From a virus (taxonomy: Duplodnaviria; Caudoviricetes): a stretch of DNA of 64,000 nt. The stretch lies in IMG/VR virus record IMGVR_UViG_3300008114_000194, positions 11,622-75,621 of that record; one strand, written 5' to 3'. A program made the translations under genes and the position numbers. A model generated the notes under the pieces. It was given only the letters and a program-made list of their open reading frames with translations, was not told the DNA's origin and made no database searches. Within the stretch, counting starts at the first letter, position 1, and the number at the start of each line of letters is the position of its first letter. Below, in pieces: positions 35,109-46,600 of this stretch.

Positions 35109-37922
35109 ATGGCATTGAAACCATTAAATTCACCGGGCGGTTTTAGCGTAGGTGAAATCACCACAGGCGCGATAAACGTAATCAGTAGCACAGGTAATGT
35201 TACCACAGGCAACCTGATCAGCAACTCCGGTAGCACAGGCAACATCAATGTCATTGCTGGAAACTTAATCGTTGATTCGGGCACAGGTTATATCTACGGT
35301 AACGGATCATTCCTAACAGGACTAGCAGCCACATATGGCAACGGCAATGTAGCCAATTACTTGGCCAGCAATGCCAATGTGACTATACTCACAACTGGCA
35401 ACATCACTAGTGCTGCCAACATTGCTGGTAATTACATACTGGGCAATGGTGCATTCTTAACTGGCCTGCCAGCAGGTTACTCAAACGCAGATGTGGCCAA
35501 TTATCTGCCTACATATACCGGCAATTTGGTATCATTGACTGGTAATGTCATTACCACTGCTAATATTTCAGGCTCTTACATTCTAGGCAATGGTAGATTC
35601 CTAGATGGCATGTACGGCAATGCCGAAGTCAAATCATACTTAGAGTCTGGTGCCACCATCAATGCCAACTTTGGCACAGGAACAGTAACTACTTCGGGCA
35701 ATATCAGTGGTGGAAATCTTGTCAGCTCTGCCAACATAGATGGTACCAACGTCAACGCCACCAAGTTAGCATCATCGGGTGCGTTGACTATCAACAGTGG
35801 CAGCAACGGCAACATCGTTATTCAGCCCAACGGCTCGGGTAACGTTGTACTCAGTAACACATTCATCAATTCCGTTGCATATCCAGTACAAGATCAAGAC
35901 GCTGCCAGTAAGATTTACGTAGATAATTTAGTCACTACTGCTATATCATATCACACATCAGTGGTGGCAGCCACCAATATCGACCTGGCTACCGCCACGG
36001 GTGGTACCATTACCTATGATCAACCCAATGGAGTTGGTAATGGTGTGGGTGCCACACTTACTACCACGGGTTCGTTTAACCTTATCGACACAGCCAACGT
36101 ACAGTCAGCCAATGCTCGTATTTTGGTCAAGAATGAATCCAATGGCGCATTCAACGGTATATATGTTTGGTCCAATGCCACTGCCATTACACGAGCAGAT
36201 GACGAAGATACCTACGGTGCAGGCAGTCCCACAGCACTGGGTCTCAATGACTACTTCTTTGTAACCGGCGGTAATGTCAATCTTGGTTCAGCCTGGATCG
36301 TAGATGCCCCCAATGGCGCCATTACTTTTGGCACCAGCAATATACAGTTTGCTCAGTTTAGCCAGACACAGGTATATTCAGCCAATACTTCCGCTGGTTT
36401 GACTCTGGTTGGTCAGCAGTTCAACGCAAAGACCGACAACAATACCACAGCCTTTGATGGTGGTGGCAACATCATAGTCAAGGCTGGTGCTAATCTAACC
36501 ACGCCCAACATTGGAAACGCCACAGGTAGCAGTCTGAACGTAACAGGCACAGTCACAGGTTCATTGCTAACTGGCGCACTGACCACAGCAGCACAGCCTA
36601 ACATAACCAGTGTTGGTACTCTGACATCGTTGGATGTCACAGGTAACATATCATCGCTGTCGGGCAATGTGTCCGGCAATTATATACTGGGTAACGGTTA
36701 TTTCCTAACCAACATCAATGCTGCCAATATAGTTGGATCCTATGGTAATTCAGATGTAGCCAACTACTTGGCCAGTGGATCTCTGACCAGTAACATTATC
36801 ACCACCGGCAACATTACAGGTGGTAACTTGTCAGGTACATTGGTCACAGGTACATTGACAACAGCAGCACAGCCCAACGTCACATCAGTAGGTGTGTTAA
36901 ATGCCTTGACCGTTGGCGCTACTGTTTTAGCTGATGGATACAGTGCTAGAACTGGCAGCGATCTAACCATTGGAGTGCTAGGTGCAAATGCCAATATCAT
37001 AATCGCTCCCAATGGCACAGGCGTAACTAATTTTTCTAACAAAGCTATCAGCAATATCAGTTCTGCTGTAATCAACGGTAATGTCACTGCTACAGGTAAT
37101 GTGCAGGGTTCTTACCTGCTGGGCAATGGTGCATTTATCACTGGTTTGCCTGCAGGTTACAGCAACGCAGATGTGGCCAACTACTTGGCCAGCAATGCTG
37201 CAGTAACCATTACCACCACAGGTAATATCACTACCACTGGTAATATTTCAGCTGGTAATTATCTAGGTTCAGGCGACAATGTTACAATTGCAGCCGGCTC
37301 CTACAACTGGACATTTGACAATCTAGGCAATGTCACAGGTACAGGCAATATAGTGACCACGGCCAATGTTGTGGCAAATTACTTTATTGGTAACGGAGCG
37401 CTGCTAACTGGATTATCTGCTTCCTACAGCAATGCCAACGTAGCTGCTTATCTAGCCAGTGCGCCCAATAACTTTATCACACTGGGCAATAGCAACAGCA
37501 ACATCACCACAGGTGGTACTGTACGCACCTATGGCGATGCCATAGCCAACAACTTTACTGCAAATAATGCGCTGATTTTGAATGGCATAGAATTTAATGC
37601 TGTTACTGTAGAGGCCTATACTCAGCAAACCACTACAACTTCGCTGTCTAATATTGCGTCTATCACTGTGGCCAGTTTGCCCGCAGATACTTCCGCCGTA
37701 GAAATCACTCTTCGTGGTCGCGATCTTACCAACACACAAGCAGGCAAGATCATAATCACTTGGGGCGGTGCTAACATGGACTTTACACGCTATGCTGAAG
37801 TGATCGCTGGCAACGGTTGCGGAACACCAACTGTGGCCTATGACGGAACTACGCTGACACTGCAGGTAACTCCCGTGACCGCCAACTTGATCACTTGGAA
37901 TGCCAAGGTAGTGACTGTGTAA
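35109..37922 (+). CDS. Long tail-fibre/structural protein
   Basis: AYPVQDQDAASKIYVD; RILVKNE..NGIYV..TRADD domain; AAQPNITSVGTL; C-terminal beta domain paralogous to that of 31353-35090. Confidence 0.8.
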   Translation: MALKPLNSPGGFSVGEITTGAINVISSTGNVTTGNLISNSGSTGNINVIAGNLIVDSGTGYIYGNGSFLTGLAATYGNGNVANYLASNANVTILTTGNITSAANIAGNYILGNGAFLTGLPAGYSNADVANYLPTYTGNLVSLTGNVITTANISGSYILGNGRFLDGMYGNAEVKSYLESGATINANFGTGTVTTSGNISGGNLVSSANIDGTNVNATKLASSGALTINSGSNGNIVIQPNGSGNVVLSNTFINSVAYPVQDQDAASKIYVDNLVTTAISYHTSVVAATNIDLATATGGTITYDQPNGVGNGVGATLTTTGSFNLIDTANVQSANARILVKNESNGAFNGIYVWSNATAITRADDEDTYGAGSPTALGLNDYFFVTGGNVNLGSAWIVDAPNGAITFGTSNIQFAQFSQTQVYSANTSAGLTLVGQQFNAKTDNNTTAFDGGGNIIVKAGANLTTPNIGNATGSSLNVTGTVTGSLLTGALTTAAQPNITSVGTLTSLDVTGNISSLSGNVSGNYILGNGYFLTNINAANIVGSYGNSDVANYLASGSLTSNIITTGNITGGNLSGTLVTGTLTTAAQPNVTSVGVLNALTVGATVLADGYSARTGSDLTIGVLGANANIIIAPNGTGVTNFSNKAISNISSAVINGNVTATGNVQGSYLLGNGAFITGLPAGYSNADVANYLASNAAVTITTTGNITTTGNISAGNYLGSGDNVTIAAGSYNWTFDNLGNVTGTGNIVTTANVVANYFIGNGALLTGLSASYSNANVAAYLASAPNNFITLGNSNSNITTGGTVRTYGDAIANNFTANNALILNGIEFNAVTVEAYTQQTTTTSLSNIASITVASLPADTSAVEITLRGRDLTNTQAGKIIITWGGANMDFTRYAEVIAGNGCGTPTVAYDGTTLTLQVTPVTANLITWNAKVVTV

Positions 37923-37938
37923 TCGCAGTCTAACGCCG

Positions 37939-37969
37939 AAAAACCACCGTCCAACGGTGGTTTTTTTTG
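37939..37969. terminator. Intrinsic terminator
   Basis: AAAAAACCACCGT-cca-ACGGTGGTTTTTTTT. Confidence 0.9.
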
Positions 37970-37993
37970 ACTAGGATGTTGATCTAAAAACCA

Positions 37994-38000
37994 ATAAATA
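37994..38000 (+). promoter_or_regulatory. Late promoter ATAAATA
   Basis: Follows the terminator, 20 nt before ATG 38021. Confidence 0.7.
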
Positions 38001-38020
38001 ACTTAAACGTGTAAAATCAT

Positions 38021-38956
38021 ATGGCCCAAAAATCTTTGTTTACTCCCCAAGGACTAAGTGTTGGCAATCTGTTTAGTCCCACTGATGTCATACTAGCCAA
38101 CGCTGATATTACCGCTGGTAATGCTGTCAGCGCCAATTTCTTTATTGGTAACGGTGCTTTATTAACTGGTATATCGGTAGGCTCTGACTATGGCAATGCC
38201 AATGTAGCTAACTATCTAGCCAGCAATGCCAATGTGACCATCACGGTCGGCGTAGCCAATATCACTACTCAGGGCAACATCACAGCAGGTTACTTTTTAG
38301 GTAATGCTACCTTTGCAGAAGGAGTCAGCAACACTTATTTTGGCAACGTAGCGCCCAGTTCACCAGCACAGGGCGACATCTGGATTGACAGTGACACAGG
38401 TATACAGACCATTTATTTTGTAGATGCCAACGGTGGCCAGTGGGCCGAGATGGAAGCCAGCAAGGCATTTTCAGTCAATAATTCCAGCACTGTGGGTGGT
38501 GCTAATCTTACCTACAGCAACACAGCACCTGCTAATGCAGTTGTGGGCGATATGTGGATCACGGCCAATACTGCCAAACAATTTGTTTATTTCAATGATG
38601 GAACCAGCAATATCTGGGCCGAGATGGAAGCTTATCAGGCCTTTTCCAGCACAGGTACAACTTATGGAAATGCAAACTTAGTATCCTATGGCGAACAGGG
38701 CTGGGCAGGCAACATCATACCATCTACCAGTAACATATACAATCTTGGCAGCGCCAACTATCAATGGAACAGTTTGTATGTGGCCAGCAATACAATTTAC
38801 TTTAATAATGTACCAGTGAGCGTATCCAATTCTGGACTGACTGTAAATGGCAGCCCCACTGTCACTAGTAATGCAGCAAGATATGTGTTTGTATCTACGT
38901 CGGCTCCCACATCCGGCCAAGGTAATGTGGGCGATATCTGGTATCAGACATACTGA
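38021..38956 (+). CDS. Short fibre/adaptor protein with two GD(I/M)W...WAEMEA modules and a C-terminal SAPTSG..GDIWYQ motif
   Basis: Motifs read in the translation; N-terminus paralogous to 35109 (LNSPGGFSVGE vs LFTPQGLSVGN). Confidence 0.75.
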   Translation: MAQKSLFTPQGLSVGNLFSPTDVILANADITAGNAVSANFFIGNGALLTGISVGSDYGNANVANYLASNANVTITVGVANITTQGNITAGYFLGNATFAEGVSNTYFGNVAPSSPAQGDIWIDSDTGIQTIYFVDANGGQWAEMEASKAFSVNNSSTVGGANLTYSNTAPANAVVGDMWITANTAKQFVYFNDGTSNIWAEMEAYQAFSSTGTTYGNANLVSYGEQGWAGNIIPSTSNIYNLGSANYQWNSLYVASNTIYFNNVPVSVSNSGLTVNGSPTVTSNAARYVFVSTSAPTSGQGNVGDIWYQTY

Positions 38957-40629
38957 TGAAAGAATACATAGTCACTCTTAACAAAGATGCCGACCTTGAT
39001 GCTTTCTGGGCAGAAATAGAAAACAGCGGCAACCTTGCACCCACGGTACCGGTTAGACCTGTGGCCATAGTCAACAACCGTGATCCCATGCCTAGACTGT
39101 GTCACTATCTCTTGACTGATCAAGAAGCCGACACACTGCGCCAGGATCCCAGAGTAGCAGGAGTAGAAATTCCCCCGGAACATAATCCTGACATCATTCT
39201 AAGTCGTAACCGCACAGTGCAGTTCAGAGACAATTTTAACAAAACCAGTCTCAGCATCAGCGACTATGTCAATTGGGGATTGGTTCGCAACAGTTCTTTG
39301 ACCAATTCTTATGGTAACAGTCTAATATCTAACATTGGATATGGCTACTTTGTGGATGGCACAGGAGTAGACATGGTCATAGTAGACAGCGGTATACAGG
39401 CCAATCATCCGGAATTCCGTTATGTTGGTAATTTGACATCGCGAGTACAACAGATTGATTGGTTTACGGCATCGGGTGTTACAGGAACCATGCCCGGAAA
39501 CTTTTACACAGACTACAGTGGTCACGGCACACACGTGGCTGGCATAGCAGCGGGACAGACCTATGGTTGGGCTAAAAATGCTGCTGTGTATGCTATCAAA
39601 TTGGAAGGGCTACAAGGTGCCACAGATCCTGGCTCGGGCTTGACCATGGATCAGACATTTGACGTGCTGGTAGGATGGCATGAACGCAAGATGAATCCAG
39701 CCAGCGGTTACTATACCGGACGACCCACAGTGGTCAACATGAGTTTTTCCTACGGCGCCGGTATAGTCAATAACTTTTATTTACAGGGCGGCAATTACCG
39801 TGGCAACAACTGGAGCACAGCCAATGTATGGAGCAACAATACCTATGGCCTAACTTGGTACAGTGGCACTACTTGTCCTGTACGATTGACCAGTGTAGAT
39901 GACGGAGTTGAAACACTGGTAGATGCTGGCATCAATGTCTGTATCGCTGCTGGCAATGAAAACCTAAAGATCGATGTACCCGGTGGTCTGGACTACAACA
40001 ATTACTTGACAACAGTACAATCTGTATCGGGTATTGGCAATCTATTTTACTATCAACGCGGTGCCAGTCCCTATTCCGGCAATGCCTTGATAGTGGGAGC
40101 CATGGACTCTACAGTGTATTCTTCTACTACAGATCAAAAAGCCACTTATTCCATGGCAGGTCCAGGTGTGGACATTTTTGCTGCTGGCAGCAATGTCATG
40201 AGCGCCTGCAGTAACGTGGATGACATAGGTGGAGGACAGACATACTACTGGAACAGCAACTATAAACAGATCAATATTGGTGGCACCTCCATGGCCAGCC
40301 CGCAGGTAGCAGGCATAGTATCCTTTTATCTTGAACAAAATCCCAATGCCAGTCCTTCTACGGTCAAAGACTGGACTGTGAACAACGGTACTTACACCAT
40401 TTACAAACCCTCGGACGCCGAGGACAACGACTACAACAACAATCGCAGCCAGTGGGGAGGTAATGCGCCAGTGGCATTTTCCAGCAGTCAGGGAGCATTA
40501 GTGTCCACTGTGCAAAATAATTGGGCAATAGCCAACACAGTTTATATCAAAACTGATAGTAGTTTTTGGACCATGGTGCAAAATATCTACACTAAAACCG
40601 ATGCCAACACCTGGCAAAAGGTATATTAG
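38956..40629 (+). CDS. Intact S8 subtilisin-like serine protease, probably virion-associated
   Basis: Prodomain; VIVDSG (Asp), GHGTHVAG (His), AAGN, GTSMASPQVAG (Ser); C-terminal W...VYIK...W..V..IY.K...W tail. Confidence 0.92.
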   Translation: MKEYIVTLNKDADLDAFWAEIENSGNLAPTVPVRPVAIVNNRDPMPRLCHYLLTDQEADTLRQDPRVAGVEIPPEHNPDIILSRNRTVQFRDNFNKTSLSISDYVNWGLVRNSSLTNSYGNSLISNIGYGYFVDGTGVDMVIVDSGIQANHPEFRYVGNLTSRVQQIDWFTASGVTGTMPGNFYTDYSGHGTHVAGIAAGQTYGWAKNAAVYAIKLEGLQGATDPGSGLTMDQTFDVLVGWHERKMNPASGYYTGRPTVVNMSFSYGAGIVNNFYLQGGNYRGNNWSTANVWSNNTYGLTWYSGTTCPVRLTSVDDGVETLVDAGINVCIAAGNENLKIDVPGGLDYNNYLTTVQSVSGIGNLFYYQRGASPYSGNALIVGAMDSTVYSSTTDQKATYSMAGPGVDIFAAGSNVMSACSNVDDIGGGQTYYWNSNYKQINIGGTSMASPQVAGIVSFYLEQNPNASPSTVKDWTVNNGTYTIYKPSDAEDNDYNNNRSQWGGNAPVAFSSSQGALVSTVQNNWAIANTVYIKTDSSFWTMVQNIYTKTDANTWQKVY

Positions 40630-40637
40630 AGCTATGA

Positions 40638-40644
40638 ATAAATA
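40638..40644 (+). promoter_or_regulatory. Late promoter ATAAATA
   Basis: 23 nt before ATG 40668. Confidence 0.7.
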
Positions 40645-40667
40645 TTAGAAACAGAGACAGAGTCATC

Positions 40668-43600
40668 ATGGCATTGAATTTTCCTTCCTCACCCAGCATT
40701 AATGATACCTATACCTACGGTGATAAAACCTGGGTCTGGAATGGTCGTTTCTGGCAGATACAAGCAGCAGGCGCTATCAATGATATCGCTATTGGTAATA
40801 TCACTCCCAACACAGGCGCTTTTACCACCCTAACTGCCACAGGTAACATCACTGCTCAGGGCAATGTCCAAGGGCAGTACATACTGGGCAATGGAGCATT
40901 CTTAACTGGCATTTCCGGCAGCAGCACTTATGGCAACGCCAATGTGGCCAATTATCTGCCCAATTATGGCGGAAACATTTTGACCAATGTAGTATCGGGC
41001 AACTTTTATGCCAACAGCATACTACCCTGGAGTCCCACAGCAGGACTAATCAATGATGCAGTTGACATTGGAAACAGTACTCTTTACTTTAAAGATATCT
41101 ATGTTGGCAATGTAATAACTCCTGCAGGTGATCAAGGCAATGCCACACAGATACAGCCAGCATCGGGCGCAGGACAAAGCGGTGTTGCATTCGTAGATGC
41201 CATCACTGGCTCAGCCTCAGATGTATCAGCCGGAACACTTTATGTAGAATCTATCGATGCCATTGGTAATGTCACTGTAGATACATTTGTAGAAGCCAAC
41301 GAAATCATTGCCTTGTCCAATGTATCAGGCACAGGTGGCAACTTTTCTAGCAACGTCTCCGCCAGTTACTTTTTAGGTAACGGTGCTTTCTTAACTGGTA
41401 TTGCTGGTGGATACAGCAACGCCAACGTAGCCAACTATCTGCCCAATTATCAAGGACTGGTCAGCAATATAGATTTCCGCAGCACCAGTCCAGCAGCAGT
41501 GGCCATGGTGGTCACAGACAGACCCATTACCATTGGTGGTAATACATTAAGTTACGTTACCATACCCAATGATGGCAATGCCAATAGTGTAGCAGCCGAG
41601 TTGACCAATCATGGTCTGGGCAATGTGCTGATCAGTTCTGGGCCCGACGATCACGAGTGGATTTTTGACAACACAGGAAACTTAACAGCACCTGGAAATA
41701 TACAAGCAGGCAATGCTGTCAGCGCCAACTATTTCTTGGGCAATGGCGCCTTACTAACTGGTATCACAACAAACTATTCCAATGCCAATGTGGCCAACTA
41801 CTTGGCTACCTACAACGGTAATGCGCTATTCAGCAATGTCACTGTATCACAAGATGCTGTAATTTTAGGCAATCTTCGCGTTGAGGGTAATACCACCTAT
41901 ATCAATGTCACTGATCTTGTGATAGAAGACAAAGATATCATAGTGGCTGCCAATGCCAATGCTACCCTGTCAGATCTCAACGGAGCAGGTCTCCAGATAG
42001 GTAACAGAACAGCCGGTGGCAACATCACCTTCTTCTACAACAGCATCAGCAATGTCATGTCTCTAAGCCATGGCGCTAACATTGCTAATATTTTAAATGT
42101 AGCAGGCAATGTCAATGCTACTGGCAACGTCACCGGCAATTATATACTGGGCAATGGAGCACTGCTAACTGGATTGGCCACATATGGCAACAGTCACTGC
42201 CAACTGGTTCGTTGGCAACATAAACACTACCAATAGCTTGGTCACATCAGGCAATGTCACAGCCAACAACTTTATTGGATCAGATCCCAATGTAAATCTC
42301 ATAGCCGGTAGTTATACATGGGCATTCAATGATGCTGGCAATTTGGTATTGCCTAGCAATACTTTTGCAGTCAACTATGCAAATGGTGTACAAGTAAGCC
42401 TTGGTGGATCATACAGTAATGCAGATGTAGCCAATTATTTGGCCAGCAACGCCAATGTTACTATCACTGTTGGTGTTAGTAATATCACTACCCAGGGCAA
42501 TATCTCTGGCAATTACTTTATAGGTAACGGCGCATTATTGACAGGTGTAGTAACCAGCAGTTACTCAAATGCCAATGTTGCCAATTACCTGCCCACTTAC
42601 TCAGGCAACATCACAGCAGGTAATATCGCAGTCACAGGTAATGTCACAGCCAACTGGTTCGTGGGTAATATCAACACTACCAATAGTTTGGTAACTTCGG
42701 GTAATATTACAGCCAACAACTTTATAGGATCAGATCCCAATGTTGGTTTGGTAGCCGGCAATTACACTTGGTTATTTGATAACGCTGGCAATGTCACACT
42801 GCCCAGCAATACTTTTGCAGTTAATTACGCCAATGGAACAGCAGTAAGTCTAGGCGGAACTTACAGCAACGCCGATGTAGCCAATTACTTGCCTACCTAT
42901 AACGGCAATGCCTTGTTCAGCAACATCACTGTGTCACGAGATGCTGTGATATTGGGCAATCTTCGTGTAGAAGGTAACACCACATATATCAATGTATCAG
43001 ATCTAATCGTAGAAGACAAGGATATCATAGTAGCGGCCAACGCCAATGCTACCATGACCGATCTCAACGGAGCAGGTCTGCAGATAGGTAACAGATCAGC
43101 TGGTGGCAACATCACATTCTTCTACAACAGCACCAGCAATGTCATGACATTAAGCCACGGTGCTAACATCGCCAACGTGCTGAATGTCGCTGGTAATATC
43201 ACTGCCACAGGTAATGTCAACACTGGTAATTTAGTAGGATCAGGCACCAATGTAGAAATCGTAGGTGGATCCTATACTTGGACTTTCAACGGTTCGGGCA
43301 ACTTAGTCCTTCCGGGCAACTCATTTGCTGTAAACTATGCCAACGGCACACAGGTAGCATTGGCTGGATCTTACAGCAATACCAACGTCAAAGCATACCT
43401 AGGCAACTTCGATGGTAATATAATCCCCAGCGCCAATGTCACTTACGACTTGGGTAGCAACAGCAATCGTTGGAACGACTTATATCTCAACAACAGCACT
43501 ATCTATATTGGTGCACAGGAAATCACTGCCAATGCTGATTCCACAATCTTTTCTGGTAATATCTCAGTAGGTAATTTAGTTGGTACTGGTGATAATGTAG

Positions 43601-46600
43601 ACATCAAAGCCGGTGCTTACACCTGGAGATTTGACAATGCTGGCAATCTTACACTGCCTGCCAATACATCGGCTATCAATTATGCCAATGGTGCAACAGT
43701 TCCCGTGGGCTATGGCAATGCCAGCGTGGCCGCATACCTGGGCAGTAATGCTAATCTAACTATCCTAAGTCAAGGCAACATCACTGGCAATTACTTTATT
43801 GGTAATGGCGCATTACTCACAGGTGTTGTAACATCCAGTTACTCCAACGCCAATGTGGCCAACTACTTGCCTACATACACAGGCAACATCGCAGCAGGCA
43901 ATGTCACAGCCACTGGCAATGTACAGGGTGCTTACATACTGGGCAATGGTGCATTATTAACCGGATTGCCAGCCACATACGGCAACAGCAACGTAGCAGC
44001 TTATCTAGCCAGCAACGCCAATGTGACATTGGCTATCGGCACAGGTAATATAACAACACAGGGCAATTTAGCTGTTGGTAATTTGATTGGTTCTGGAGAC
44101 AATGTAGATCTCAAAGCTGGGTCATATACCTGGCGTTTTGACAGCACTGGCAATCTAACACTGCCGGCCAATTCCACAGCCATATATTATGCCAACGGCA
44201 CACAAGTTCCAGTAGGTTATGGTAATGCCAACGTCGCAACTTATTTGGCCAGCAATTCAGCAGTCACTATATTAACCACTGCCAACATAACTACTGCTGC
44301 CAATATCTCCGGTGCCTATCTCTTAGGCAATGGCGCACTGTTGACAGGTCTGCCTGCTACTTACGGTAACAGCAACGTCGCTGCTTATCTTGCTGCCTAC
44401 AACGGCAACGCACTGTTCAGCAACATCACAGTATCGCAAGATGCTGTTGTTCTGGGCAATCTTCGTGTTGAAGGTAATACCACTTATATCAACGTATCAG
44501 ATCTCATAGTCGAAGACAAAGATATCATCGTAGCAGCCAATGCTTCGGCAACCATGACCGATCTCAATGGCGCTGGCCTACAGATAGGCAACAGAACAGC
44601 TGGTGGCAACATCACGTTCTTCTATAACAGCACCAGTAACGTCATGTCGTTAAGTCATGGCGCTAATATCGCCAATGTGCTGAATGTCTCTGGTAATGTA
44701 TCTGCTACAGGAAATGTTTCAGGCAATTGGTTTGTAGGTAATATCAACACTACTAACAGTCTAGTTACATCCGGTAATGTCACAGCCAACAACTTTTTAG
44801 GTTCTGGAAGTAATGTAACATTAGAATCAGACAGTTACTCCTGGATATTTGATAACGCAGGTAATCTTACTTTACCAGGTAATACATTTGCTGTAAACTA
44901 CGCCAATGGCACACAAATATCTTTGGGCGGTTCATACAGCAATTCGATTGTGGCCAATTATCTAGCCAGTAATGCCAATCTAACAATATCAGTTGGTACA
45001 GGCAATATCACCACACAGGGCAACATCACAGGCAATTACTTTATAGGTAATGGCGCACTGTTGACAGGCGTGGTAACCTCCAGTTACAGCAATGCCAATG
45101 TAGCCAACTACTTGCCTACCTATACTGGCAATATCAGCGCAGGAAATATTACCGCTACTGGTAATGTTACTGCCAATGGTTTCATAGGTTCTAATGTTAA
45201 TACTCGTATTATTTCCAGCAGTTACATCTGGACATTTAACAACACTGGTAACTTGGTACTTCCAGGCAATACATTTGGCGTCACATACGCCAACGGCACC
45301 ACAGTTAGTCTAGGTGGAACTTACAGTAATGCAGATGTAGCAAATTATCTGCCCACTTATACAGGTAACATTACTGCGGGCAACGTAATCGCTACTGGTA
45401 ATGTTATTGGTAACTGGTTCGTAGGCAATGTCAACACTACCAATAGTCTAGTAACTTCGGGTAATGTCACAGCCAATAACTTCGTTGGTTCGGGCAACAA
45501 TGTTACATTAGCATCTGACAGTTATACCTGGACCTTTGACAACACAGGTAACTTTATACTGCCCGGCAACAATACTGCTATCTATTATGCCAATGGCACA
45601 CAAGTACCTGTGGGATATGGCAATGCAAATGTAGCCACTTATCTTGCCAGTAATGCCAATGTCACTGTTTCGGTAGGCACAGGCAACATCACCACACAAG
45701 GTAATATCTCTGGCAACTACTTTATTGGTAATGGCGCACTGCTGACTGGCATAGTAACTTCAAGTTACTCAAATGCCAACGTAGCCAATTATCTAGCCAG
45801 CAATGCTAATCTTACTGTGTCTGTGGGCACAGGCAATATCACCACACAGGGCAACATTAACTCTCGAGCACTGTATTTGGGATCACAACGGGACGTGATT
45901 TACCAAGTGTCGGGCAACATCACATTAGCTGGTGGAGCACTGGATAATAATGCCAATATCAGCATCAGAGCCAACACGGCCATGGCCAACAGCTATGTGC
46001 TGTCATTGCCATCTGATACCCCCAATGCAGGTGATGTATTATCAGTTAAAAACTTTGGATCATGGAGCGCAGTTGGAAATGTAGCCAATCTGATATGGTC
46101 TGCTCCTGCCAGCACCTATGGCAATACAAATGTAGCTGCATATCTACAGGCATATAACGGCAATGCCTTGTTTAGTAATGTCACTGTATCTAGAGATGTA
46201 TTGATATTGGGCAACTTACGTGTTGAAGGCAATACCACCGAGATCAATGTTTCTAATATATTCTTAGAAGATAAAGATATTATAGTAGCTGCCAATGCTT
46301 CGGCCACCCTGTCAGATCTCAACGGAGCAGGTCTGCAGATAGGTAATAGAACAGCAGGCGGCAACGTCACGTTCTTCTACAACAGCATCAGCAATGTCAT
46401 GTCTCTAAGCCATGGCGCTAACATAGCCAATGTGTTGAACGTCGATGGCAACATTGTTGCCACTGGCAATGTCACCGGCAATTATATACTGGGCAATGGA
46501 GCACTGCTAACTGGATTGGCCACATATGGCAACAGCAACGTAGCAGCTTATCTAGCCAGCAATGCCAACGTCACGGTGTCTGTTGGCACAGGCAATATCA

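Noticed and set aside
42180-42200. Programmed ribosomal frameshift
   Set aside because: No slippery heptamer or stimulatory structure seen, and repeat comparison indicates missing codons
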